DNA of 64,000 nucleotides from Alkaliphilus sp. (GTDB lineage Bacteria; Bacillota; Clostridia; Peptostreptococcales; NVVX01): positions 45,099 to 109,098 of the forward strand of contig NVVX01000001.1 of NCBI GenBank assembly GCA_002733545.1, in the 5' to 3' direction. Under the pieces are notes generated by a model, which was given only the letters and a program-made list of their open reading frames with translations, did not search any database and had not been told where the DNA came from. Of the stretch, positions 48,097 through 56,669 are shown piece after piece. A program made the translations under genes and the position numbers. Position 1 is the stretch's first letter; each line of letters starts with the position of its first letter.

Positions 48097-48777
48097 ATGA
48101 CAATAGGATTGATTGTGTTAATAGGAATTACTGCTCTAGTATTTATGGGAGTTGCTGAAAGAGCATTAGATAGAATAAGATTAAGTGATAAAACAGCTGT
48201 TTTAGTATTGATAGCAATAATTGTCACAACATTATTCATACCTAATCTTTATATAACAAAAAACGTAGCTATAAATATTGGAGGATTCGTTATTCCAATG
48301 TTGCTTGTTGTTTACTTATTTTCTAAAGCTGGTACTACTAAAGAGAGAATAAGATGCATTGTTGCATCACTAATAACTGGAGTCGTTATTTACATTACAC
48401 AAAGATTTGTATTACCAGTAGAACCAGAGCAACTTAATGTAGATCCTAACTTTGTGTATTCGATTTTGGCAGGATTAATAGCATACTTAGCAGGTAGATC
48501 AAGAAGAACTGCATTTATTGCAGGTATTACAGGAGTAGTTCTCAGCGACATCATTCAACTAGTTGAAAACATAATTTATGAAATCCCTTCACCAACATTA
48601 TTTGGTGGGGCAGGTGGAGCAGATACAACCTTTATGGCAGGCATAATTGCACTACTATTAGTGGAAGTAATAGGAGAAATTCGCGAGAGACTACAGGGTG
48701 GTACAGAGAAAAAAGACTTATTTGTTAAAGAAGGTCAATTTATAAAAAAGAATGAAAATATAAAAAAAAGAAAATAA
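48097..48777 (+). CDS. Integral membrane protein, DUF1614-like
   Basis: RBS AAGGAGG. Multi-TM protein with a Gly-rich FGGAGGADT block. The family assignment is from memory only. Confidence 0.5.
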   Translation: MTIGLIVLIGITALVFMGVAERALDRIRLSDKTAVLVLIAIIVTTLFIPNLYITKNVAINIGGFVIPMLLVVYLFSKAGTTKERIRCIVASLITGVVIYITQRFVLPVEPEQLNVDPNFVYSILAGLIAYLAGRSRRTAFIAGITGVVLSDIIQLVENIIYEIPSPTLFGGAGGADTTFMAGIIALLLVEVIGEIRERLQGGTEKKDLFVKEGQFIKKNENIKKRK

Positions 48778-48807
48778 GTGAATTTGACGAAAAGAGGCAT
48801 AAAACAT

Positions 48808-49929
48808 ATGAAAACTAAAATGAGAATAATCATGCTTTGCATATTGGTTTTAATATTTTCTTCTTCAGTTGCTTACGCTGATGATTGGAATACTGAATAT
48901 GGAAAATATTTTGAAGTATATGATATAGAAAATGAAGAAATTTTATTTGTTACTGCAATGTTAGTAACAAAAGGAGACCAATACTTAAGTGGTGACAATA
49001 GAATGTATAAAGTAGTCGAAGTAGACGTGGACAATTGGAGAGCATATGCCGAATTTATTAACGAAGTCTCACTACCAGTAATTGATGAAGTGGCTTTTAG
49101 TGAAATAAGACTTAATTTAGAAAATGGATTGGGACTTGCAACCATGGTGGCTCAAAAAGAAAATAAAAAGATTGCGATTTATACAACACATACGGCAGAA
49201 TCCTATATTCCTTCAGATGGTAAATACAGCATAAAAGGAGCAGGTGGGATAGAAAAAGTTGCAGAAGTATTACGTGCAAACTTAGAGAAGCTTGGTGTTG
49301 ATGCTACCTATGATTCAACAAATCATGACCCACATGATGCAGGTTCGTATAAACGTTCAAGAAGAACCGCTGTACAAATGATGAGAGAAAAACAACCAAC
49401 TGCAATCATTGATGTACACCGCGATGCAACTCCTGCAAAACCTTATCTTACCGAAATTAATGGAAAGCCTGCTTCTAAGGTACGGCTTGTCGTTGGAAGA
49501 AGAAATCAAAATTTTAAATCTAATGAAGAAATGGCTTGGAAGATAAAAGCAGTTGCGGATAAAATGCATCCAGGTTTAATTAAAGATATTTTTTATGCCA
49601 AAGGGAACTACAATCAAGACTTAAGCCCTAAAGCAATGCTAGTAGAAATGGGAACATACAAGACATCGCGTGAGCGTGCAGAAAAATCAACAGTTTTTTT
49701 ATCAGAGGTACTTACTACAGCATTATTTGGAGGAACTTTCAAGGAACAAAAAGATCAGGCGGCCAAAGGAGAAGAGGGAGAAGCAGAGAAAGGCAGAGCT
49801 GAAGAAACTAAGGAAAACAAAGTTGAACCAATGAAGCCAGCAAGTAAAGGCATGGGAACAGGAGTTATCTGGTTGGTTTTAATTGCAGGTGGAGGATTAG
49901 CAGCCTTTGCGTTATTAAGAAAAAAATGA
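48808..49929 (+). CDS. spoIIP: Stage II sporulation protein P (SpoIIP)
   Basis: IAIYTTHTAESY, AIIDVHRDA, RLVVGRRN, MLVEMG. ATG 48808 is preferred. There is an unusual C-terminal charged linker plus TM. Confidence 0.85.
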   Translation: MKTKMRIIMLCILVLIFSSSVAYADDWNTEYGKYFEVYDIENEEILFVTAMLVTKGDQYLSGDNRMYKVVEVDVDNWRAYAEFINEVSLPVIDEVAFSEIRLNLENGLGLATMVAQKENKKIAIYTTHTAESYIPSDGKYSIKGAGGIEKVAEVLRANLEKLGVDATYDSTNHDPHDAGSYKRSRRTAVQMMREKQPTAIIDVHRDATPAKPYLTEINGKPASKVRLVVGRRNQNFKSNEEMAWKIKAVADKMHPGLIKDIFYAKGNYNQDLSPKAMLVEMGTYKTSRERAEKSTVFLSEVLTTALFGGTFKEQKDQAAKGEEGEAEKGRAEETKENKVEPMKPASKGMGTGVIWLVLIAGGGLAAFALLRKK

Positions 49930-49940
49930 TTTGTATATTT

Positions 49941-49978
49941 AAAAAGGTGAGAGGATTATACAATCTCTTGCCTTTTTG
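49941..49978 (+). terminator. Rho-independent terminator after spoIIP
   Basis: aaaaggtgagagg ...cctcttgccttttt with G-U pairs, followed by a T-run. Confidence 0.65.
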
Positions 49979-50094
49979 AATATAGACCGTTGCAAATTAT
50001 AATTCTATGTAAATTTGCTTATTTATATGTTACAATAACAATGTAGAAATCTAGCAACTCAAAAATAAGAAGAATTTTAAAAGCAGGTGTTTAA

Positions 50095-51411
50095 TTGAAA
50101 AAAAGTAATAATGTAATAAGCAGTGTACATACTAACAGCATAGCCGAGGAATTAGGTATAGAAGTTGGGGATATATTAATTAGTATCAACGACCATGAAG
50201 TTGAAGATATTATAGAGTATAAATACCTCTTGACTGAAGAATACCTAGATGTAGAAATAAAAAAATCTGATGGAGAGACATGGATATATGAAATTGAGAA
50301 AGATTATGACGAAGACTTAGGAATTGAATTTGAAAATCCAATACTCTCACATATGAAATCTTGCACAAATAAGTGCATATTTTGCTTTATAGATCAACTA
50401 CCTCCTAACATGAGAAAAAGCATGTATTTTAAAGACGACGACTCTAGAATGTCTTTTTTACATGGAAATTATATCACACTTACAAATATGTCTGAAGATG
50501 ATATTAATAAGATTATCAAGTATAGAATTAGCCCTATTAACGTATCTGTACATACGACAGATAGCGAACTAAGAAAAAAAATGCTAAACAATAAATTTGC
50601 GGGTGATATTCTAAGTAAACTTAAAAAGTTTGCAGAGAATCAGATTGCAATTAATTGTCAAATTGTTCTGTGCAGAGGAGTAAATGATAGTCAAGAGCTA
50701 GATAAAACAATAGAAGATTTGATGAAGTTGAGTTATGCCATTAGAAGTGTTGCAGTAGTTCCAGCTGGGCTAACTAAATATCGTGATGGTTTACATAGCT
50801 TGATTGCTTATGATGCTGTTTCGGCAAAAGAAGTAATTAAGAAAGTAGAAAAATGGCAAAAAGAATTTCAAGTAAAATTAAAGCGTAGTTTTATTTATAT
50901 AGCAGATGAATTTTACATATTAGCTGATCACGCATTTCCAAGTTATAAATCTTATGACTCTTTTCCGCAGTTAGAAAATGGAATAGGGATGATGGTAAAT
51001 TTTCAACAGGAATTTTATCAATGCTTAAATAAACTAACAGTAAGACTAATGCAACAAAAAAAAGTAACAATAATTACAGGTGAATTATCTTACGGATATA
51101 TTCTAGAAATGTGCGGTGATTTAGAAAAAAAAGTAGGTAATTTAGAAATTAATCTAGTACGTGTAAAAAACGAATTTTTTGGTGGTCATGTATCAGTATC
51201 AGGATTAGTTACAGGAACTGATATATTTAGAGCCGTAGAAAATATTGAAGTAGGTGACAAGATAATTATTCCGAAAAATATGTTGAAATCAGATGAAGAT
51301 ATTTTTTTGGATGACTTTAAAGTAGTCGACTTAGAAGCACTAAAAGAGAAACCAGTTGTCATTAGTGAAGTTGATGGAAAAAAGTTCATATTAAGCATTA
51401 TAGAGAATTAA
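50095..51411 (+). CDS. PDZ plus DUF512 protein with a radical-SAM-like CxxxCxxC motif
   Basis: TTG start after AGGTG. CTNKCIFC followed by YFKDDDSRMSFLHGNYITLTN. From memory, this gene sits upstream of der in Clostridia. Confidence 0.7.
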   Translation: MKKSNNVISSVHTNSIAEELGIEVGDILISINDHEVEDIIEYKYLLTEEYLDVEIKKSDGETWIYEIEKDYDEDLGIEFENPILSHMKSCTNKCIFCFIDQLPPNMRKSMYFKDDDSRMSFLHGNYITLTNMSEDDINKIIKYRISPINVSVHTTDSELRKKMLNNKFAGDILSKLKKFAENQIAINCQIVLCRGVNDSQELDKTIEDLMKLSYAIRSVAVVPAGLTKYRDGLHSLIAYDAVSAKEVIKKVEKWQKEFQVKLKRSFIYIADEFYILADHAFPSYKSYDSFPQLENGIGMMVNFQQEFYQCLNKLTVRLMQQKKVTIITGELSYGYILEMCGDLEKKVGNLEINLVRVKNEFFGGHVSVSGLVTGTDIFRAVENIEVGDKIIIPKNMLKSDEDIFLDDFKVVDLEALKEKPVVISEVDGKKFILSIIEN

Positions 51412-51454
51412 TAGGTAAAAAAGAATTGAAAATCGAGAATGGAGAATGAAAAAA

Positions 51455-52780
51455 ATGTCAAAACCAATTGTAGCAGTAGTAGGCAGACCAAACGTTGGAA
51501 AGTCAACTTTTTTTAATAGAATAGCAGGGAAGAGAATATCTATTGTAGAAGATACACCGGGAGTTACAAGAGATAGAATATATACTGAAGTTGAATGGCT
51601 AAATCACAATTTTATTTTAATCGACACAGGTGGAATAGAACCTATGTCAGAAGATAAAATACTAATTCAAATGCGTTTGCAAGCTGAAATAGCAATAGAA
51701 ACAGCAGATGTAATTGTATTTATGGTAGACGGGAGAGACGGATTAACATCTACGGATAGAGAAGTATCTACTATGCTTAGAAAATCTAAAAAACCTGTGA
51801 TACTTGTAGTAAATAAAGTTGATACAAAAGAACCATCAGAATTCTTTTATGAATTTTATGAACTTGCTATGGGAGATCCAATAGAAATATCTTCAGCGCT
51901 TGCACTAAATTTAGGAGATTTACTGGATTCCATCGTAGATTATTTTCCAGAAAAACATGAGGAAGACGATAATGACGAAACAATAAAGGTTGCAATTATT
52001 GGAAAACCAAATGTAGGAAAATCATCTATTTTAAACAAAATACTAGGAGAAAACAGAGTAATCGTAAGTGAAGTTGCAGGAACAACTAGAGACGCAATTG
52101 ACACTCCTTTTACTGATGGAGAAGATGAGTATATACTAATTGATACAGCAGGACTAAGAAGAAGATGCAAAATAAAAGAGAACATAGAAAGATATAGCAC
52201 AATTCGCTCTATAACAGCAATTGAAAGAGCAGATGTATGCTTATTAATCATTGATGCAACTGAAGGAGTAACAGAACAGGACAAAAAAATTGCTGGCTAT
52301 AGTCATGAAAACGGTAAGGCAATTGTAATAGTTGTTAACAAATGGGATTTAATAAAAAAAGATACTAAAACAATGAAAGAGTTTACTAAGAATTTTCGTA
52401 ATGATTTAGCTTACTTAGAATATGCACCACTTATATTTATTTCTGCTTTAACAGGACAAAGATTGAACAAGTTGTTAGAAGTTACCAAATTTGTTGCTAA
52501 TCAAAATTCAATGCGTGTAGCAACTGGGACATTAAATGAAGTTATTGGTGAAGCGACTTTGCTAAATCAACCACCAAGTGATAAAGGAAAGAGATTGAGA
52601 ATTTATTACACAACTCAAGTATCAGTTAAACCGCCTACATTTATATTGTTTATTAACGATAAAAAACTAATGCATTTTTCATATCAAAGATATTTAGAGA
52701 ACAAAATTAGAGAAAACTTTGGGTTTGAAGGTACGCCATTAAGATTTATTTTACGCGAGAAAAAAGGGGATGATAAGTAA
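51455..52780 (+). CDS. der: Ribosome-associated GTPase Der (EngA), double GTPase domain plus KH-like domain
   Basis: GRPNVGKST and [10 protein letters not shown]-loops, DTGG and DTAG, NKVD and NKWD. Confidence 0.95.
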   Translation: MSKPIVAVVGRPNVGKSTFFNRIAGKRISIVEDTPGVTRDRIYTEVEWLNHNFILIDTGGIEPMSEDKILIQMRLQAEIAIETADVIVFMVDGRDGLTSTDREVSTMLRKSKKPVILVVNKVDTKEPSEFFYEFYELAMGDPIEISSALALNLGDLLDSIVDYFPEKHEEDDNDETIKVAIIGKPNVGKSSILNKILGENRVIVSEVAGTTRDAIDTPFTDGEDEYILIDTAGLRRRCKIKENIERYSTIRSITAIERADVCLLIIDATEGVTEQDKKIAGYSHENGKAIVIVVNKWDLIKKDTKTMKEFTKNFRNDLAYLEYAPLIFISALTGQRLNKLLEVTKFVANQNSMRVATGTLNEVIGEATLLNQPPSDKGKRLRIYYTTQVSVKPPTFILFINDKKLMHFSYQRYLENKIRENFGFEGTPLRFILREKKGDDK

Positions 52781-52782
52781 TC

Positions 52783-53352
52783 ATGACTTATTTTGTTATT
52801 GTTATTGCTTATATACTTGGGAATTTTACAACATCGTATATTGTTGGTAAATTAATGGGAAACATTGATATAAGAAAGCATGGTAGTGGCAATGCAGGAT
52901 CTACAAATGTTTTTAGAACATTAGGAAAAAAAGCAGGAGCTTTAGCATTTGCAGGCGACGCCCTTAAGGGCGTTTTGGCGGTGTATTTGGGCATGCTTGT
53001 AGGAGGGCAAATTCTTGCAATGGTATGTGGAGTTGTTGTTGTAATAGGGCATAACTGGCCTGTTGTTTTAAAATTTAAAGGCGGTAAAGGAATGGCAACT
53101 TCAATTGGAGTGGGATTAATGTTATATCCGATACCTGCATCGATATGCATTATTTTTGCTGTGGCACTAATAGCTATATTTAAAATGGTTTCGCTTGGGT
53201 CGGTTGTCTCTATGGCCCTACTACCATTTGCTTTAATAATTTTTGAAGATAGAAATGCTGTTATTTTCGGTGCAATTCTTGGAACAATGGCTATTTATCG
53301 ACATAAGGCGAATATATACAGAATATTTAAAGGCGTTGAGAGGAAAATTTAG
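52783..53352 (+). CDS. plsY: Glycerol-3-phosphate acyltransferase PlsY
   Basis: GSGNAGSTNVFR, and HNWPV followed by FKGGKG. Confidence 0.93.
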   Translation: MTYFVIVIAYILGNFTTSYIVGKLMGNIDIRKHGSGNAGSTNVFRTLGKKAGALAFAGDALKGVLAVYLGMLVGGQILAMVCGVVVVIGHNWPVVLKFKGGKGMATSIGVGLMLYPIPASICIIFAVALIAIFKMVSLGSVVSMALLPFALIIFEDRNAVIFGAILGTMAIYRHKANIYRIFKGVERKI

Positions 53353-53393
53353 GGATGTCACCCTGAGAATTGTAAAAAACAAGGAGTGAAATA

Positions 53394-54422
53394 ATGCAAA
53401 AATCACCTATTGCAGTTATAGGCGCTGGAAGCTGGGGAACAGCTCTTAGTTTGTTATTACATAATAAAGGGCACGATGTGAGACTATGGATGCGGAGTCC
53501 TGAACAATTTAATGCTTTAGTGAAAACGAGAGAAAACAAAGACTATTTATCAGGGATACATCTTCCTAAGGAACTAAAAATATTTAACGAAATTGAAAAA
53601 GCTATTAAAAAAACTAATATAATCTTATTAGCGGTACCTACGCAATCGGTAAGAAACATATTAAATATACTTGAGCCATATATTAAACCTAATCAAATTA
53701 TTGTAAATGCATCAAAAGGACTGGAATTAAACAGTTATTTAAGAGTCTCTCAAATAACAAAGGAGATACTACCAGGAAACAATTTCGTCGCTCTTTCTGG
53801 CCCATCACATGCTGAAGAAGTGTGTAAAAAAATACCGACAACTATCGTAGTATCAGGAGAAGATAAAGAGTCTACAGAATATGTACAAGATGCATTTATG
53901 ACTAAAGAATTTAGAGTATATACTAATCCAGACTTAATTGGGGTGGAACTTGGTGGAGCATTAAAAAATATTATTGCTTTTGGTGCAGGAGTATCTGATG
54001 GCTTAGGCTACGGAGATAATGCTAAAGCAGCGTTAATGACCAGGGGGCTTAGTGAAATGTCAAGACTAGGTAAAGCTATGGGCGCTAACCTATCTACGTT
54101 TGCAGGACTAACAGGGATTGGAGACTTAATAGTTACATGCACAAGTATGCACAGCAGAAACCGTAGAGCAGGAATTTTAGTTGGACAAGGTAAAAACTTA
54201 GAAGAAGCAATAAAAGAAATTGGAATGGTAGTAGAAGGGATTACAACTACTAAAGCTGCTTATGAACTTTCAAAAAAATACGAAGTTGAAATGCCTATTA
54301 CTGAGGAGATATATAAAATATTATATGAAAATGATAGTGCAAAAGATGCAGTTACAAGATTGATGACAAGAAGTAAAAAACATGAAATAGAAGAAATTGT
54401 TGATTTAAACTTCTTTAACTAA
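53394..54422 (+). CDS. gpsA: NAD(P)H-dependent glycerol-3-phosphate dehydrogenase GpsA
   Basis: IGAGSWGTALS, SKGLE, GPSHAEEV, LKNIIA, SRNRRAG. Confidence 0.95.
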   Translation: MQKSPIAVIGAGSWGTALSLLLHNKGHDVRLWMRSPEQFNALVKTRENKDYLSGIHLPKELKIFNEIEKAIKKTNIILLAVPTQSVRNILNILEPYIKPNQIIVNASKGLELNSYLRVSQITKEILPGNNFVALSGPSHAEEVCKKIPTTIVVSGEDKESTEYVQDAFMTKEFRVYTNPDLIGVELGGALKNIIAFGAGVSDGLGYGDNAKAALMTRGLSEMSRLGKAMGANLSTFAGLTGIGDLIVTCTSMHSRNRRAGILVGQGKNLEEAIKEIGMVVEGITTTKAAYELSKKYEVEMPITEEIYKILYENDSAKDAVTRLMTRSKKHEIEEIVDLNFFN

Positions 54423-54451
54423 TACGTGACTAGTGAACTTCTGACTTGCAC

Positions 54452-54640
54452 GTGAAATAAAAAATGCACACGGAACTACTTTAGATTCTGACAATTCAAC
54501 AACTCTTGAGAAGCAAAAATCCTAAAACTTGCGAACTCGCTATGCTCAAACAGCGCAAGTTTCTAAACAGATTTTAACTTCTCAATCGTTAAGAATTATA
54601 GCAAAATCTACAGATGTTCCGTGTGCATTTTCTATTTCAC
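54452..54640. repeat. 189-nt imperfect foldback: near-perfect 25-bp terminal inverted repeats (gtgaaataaaaaatgcacacggaac / gttccgtgtgcattttctatttcac), internally palindromic with bulges, 20-nt apex
   Basis: Hand alignment of the left half with the reverse complement of the right half. Outer arms match 24 of 25. The inner blocks tagatt, aattc, ttgagaag, aaaatc and aacttgcg are all mirrored. Confidence 0.75.
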
Positions 54641-54780
54641 TAAACGTTGTTGCGACTTTTGTCATATTTGTTGACTAGGTTTTTGTTTTTTTGATATTGC
54701 TATGTCATATTCTATTGCCATACTCATATATTTATAAAGTAGACATGTGTATAAAGATTATTCATAGAGGAGGTATAGAG

Positions 54781-56250
54781 TTGGAAATTTATAAAGATAT
54801 TGCCAGTCGAACTCAGGGGGATATTTATATAGGGATAGTAGGCCCTGTTAGAACTGGAAAATCGACCTTCATTAAGAGAGTTATGGACCTGTTCGTATTG
54901 CCTAATATGGAAAACGAGTTTAAGAGAGAAAGAACAATAGACGAACTGCCTCAAAGCGGAGCGGGTAAAACAATTACAACTACAGAACCAAAATTTGTTC
55001 CTAGTGAAGCTGTAGAATTGCATTTGAAGGATAATGCATCGTTTAGAATGCGCATGATTGATTGTGTAGGCTACTTAGTTAAAGGTGCAATTGGGCATGA
55101 TGAGGATGGAAAACCACGCATGGTAAATACACCGTGGTTTGAACAACAAATTCCATTTGAAGAAGCAGCTGAAATTGGTACTAGAAAAGTTATTAAAGAG
55201 CACTCAACGATAGGATTAGTAGTTACAACAGATGCTTCAATAACAGAAATAGAAAGAGAAAACTACATAGAGGCAGAAGAGAGGGTCATTAGAGAGTTAA
55301 AAGATATTAATAAACCTTTCGTCATTATACTAAATACGCTAAACCCATATGATGAGTCTACAGAAGAATTACGTAAAGAATTAGAATTAAAATACGAAAT
55401 TCCTGTTCTAACAAAAAATTGTGCAAAGATGGATATGAACGATATTCACGAAATATTAGAAAAAGTGCTATTTGAGTTCCCTATTATTGAAATTAATGTT
55501 AATCTCCCGGGTTGGTTAGAAAGGATAGACTCAGATCATTATGTTAAAAAGGATATGATAAGTGAAATTTTTGATTTTGTGAAAAAAATGAAAAAAATAA
55601 GTGACATGGAATTAGCAATTAAAAATTTAAGCGAAATCAACAAAATTTCCTTGGCAGTTTCAAAGAACATAAAAATGGGGGAAGGCTCTGTATTGATTGA
55701 AATCGCTACTGAAGAAGATTTGTTCTATCAAGTGTTAGAAGAAATGACTGGTTTTTCAATTACGGGAGAGCATCAATTATTTGGCTTGATTATTCAATTA
55801 GCACAATCTAAAAAGGAGTATATTAAAGTAGAAAATGCTCTTAAAGATGTATTAGAGATTGGTTACGGTCTTGTTCCGCCAGCATTAGATGAGTTAACAT
55901 TAGAAGAACCAGAAATTTTTAGACAAGGGAATCAATTTGGAATAAAACTCCGAGCTAATGCGCCATCTTTGCACTTTATTAGAGCTGACATCTCGACGGA
56001 AATTTCGCCTATAATTGGTACAGAAAAGCAAAGCGAAGAACTAATAGATTACTTAATGAAAGAATTTGAGAACGACCCAAGCAAAATATGGAATTCTAAC
56101 ATGTTTGGAAGATCACTACATGACTTAGTTAAAGAACAGCTGCAAAACAAGTTATACAGAATGCCAGATGATACAAGAATGAAGTTGCAAAAAACAATAC
56201 AAAAAATTGTTAATGATGGCTCTAGTGGTATAATAGCTATAATTATTTAG
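54781..56250 (+). CDS. spoIVA: Stage IV sporulation protein A (SpoIVA)
   Basis: RBS GAGGAGG 7 nt before TTG 54781. IYKDIASRTQGDIYIGIVGPVRTGKSTFIKR carries the Walker A motif. The track start at 54691 adds a non-homologous extension. Confidence 0.93.
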   Translation: MEIYKDIASRTQGDIYIGIVGPVRTGKSTFIKRVMDLFVLPNMENEFKRERTIDELPQSGAGKTITTTEPKFVPSEAVELHLKDNASFRMRMIDCVGYLVKGAIGHDEDGKPRMVNTPWFEQQIPFEEAAEIGTRKVIKEHSTIGLVVTTDASITEIERENYIEAEERVIRELKDINKPFVIILNTLNPYDESTEELRKELELKYEIPVLTKNCAKMDMNDIHEILEKVLFEFPIIEINVNLPGWLERIDSDHYVKKDMISEIFDFVKKMKKISDMELAIKNLSEINKISLAVSKNIKMGEGSVLIEIATEEDLFYQVLEEMTGFSITGEHQLFGLIIQLAQSKKEYIKVENALKDVLEIGYGLVPPALDELTLEEPEIFRQGNQFGIKLRANAPSLHFIRADISTEISPIIGTEKQSEELIDYLMKEFENDPSKIWNSNMFGRSLHDLVKEQLQNKLYRMPDDTRMKLQKTIQKIVNDGSSGIIAIII

Positions 56251-56276
56251 AATTTAGAAAAGATTTCGAAAATGTG

Positions 56277-56305
56277 TTGACATATTACTTTCCATAGATT
56301 ACTAT
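56277..56305 (+). promoter_or_regulatory. Sigma-A promoter for the leader ORF and ABC exporter operon
   Basis: TTGACA (56277-56282), 17-nt spacer, TACTAT (56300-56305). Confidence 0.6.
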
Positions 56306-56342
56306 ATAGAAGTAGTTAAAAATCAAGAAGGAGGTAGGAATT

Positions 56343-56438
56343 ATGATTAAACGAGATTGCGTAACAATAAACAGTAATAAAACTAAATTAAACAAAGAAA
56401 TCCTGCCTTTTTTGAGTGTACTGACCTATAAATATTGA
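56343..56438 (+). CDS. Candidate leader peptide (31 aa: MIKRDCVTINSNKTKLNKEILPFLSVLTYKY)
   Basis: Strong RBS GAAGGAGG 7-8 nt upstream. It sits between the promoter and a hairpin-rich leader about 230 nt before the ABC exporter genes. Not in the ORF track. Confidence 0.5.
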   Translation: MIKRDCVTINSNKTKLNKEILPFLSVLTYKY

Positions 56439-56473
56439 TTTTCATTTTGTGAAAATAATATTACTTGTATATA

Positions 56474-56531
56474 AAGCCATGGATTTCTAATCCATGGCTT
56501 AAATTATAGCCATGGTGAACCCATGGCTTTT
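56474..56531 (+). promoter_or_regulatory. Twin hairpins with interchangeable AGCCATGG/CCATGGCT arms; the second is followed by TTTT (attenuator/terminator candidate)
   Basis: aagccatgga tttctaa tccatggctt (56474-56500). agccatgg tgaac ccatggct tttg (56508-56532). All four arms are mutually complementary. Confidence 0.5.
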
Positions 56532-56669
56532 GCTATGCAAAGAGACCTTTGCTACACTGGTAATTTGTAAGGGGCCTCTCGTGGGTACCTGCAGTGCAGC
56601 TGACAGGTCTATCTAGAGTATGCTTAAAAAAGGGACGAAAACAGATACAGAATATAAGGGGGAAACAAC

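Noticed and set aside
54704-54740. Possible sigma-E promoter for spoIVA: tcatatt ... catatatt, or catactca.
   Set aside because: The elements resemble the sigma-E -35 and -10 motifs, but the spacing is 13 nt for one pairing and only 7 nt for the other, against my recollection of about 14 nt. This is too uncertain to annotate.
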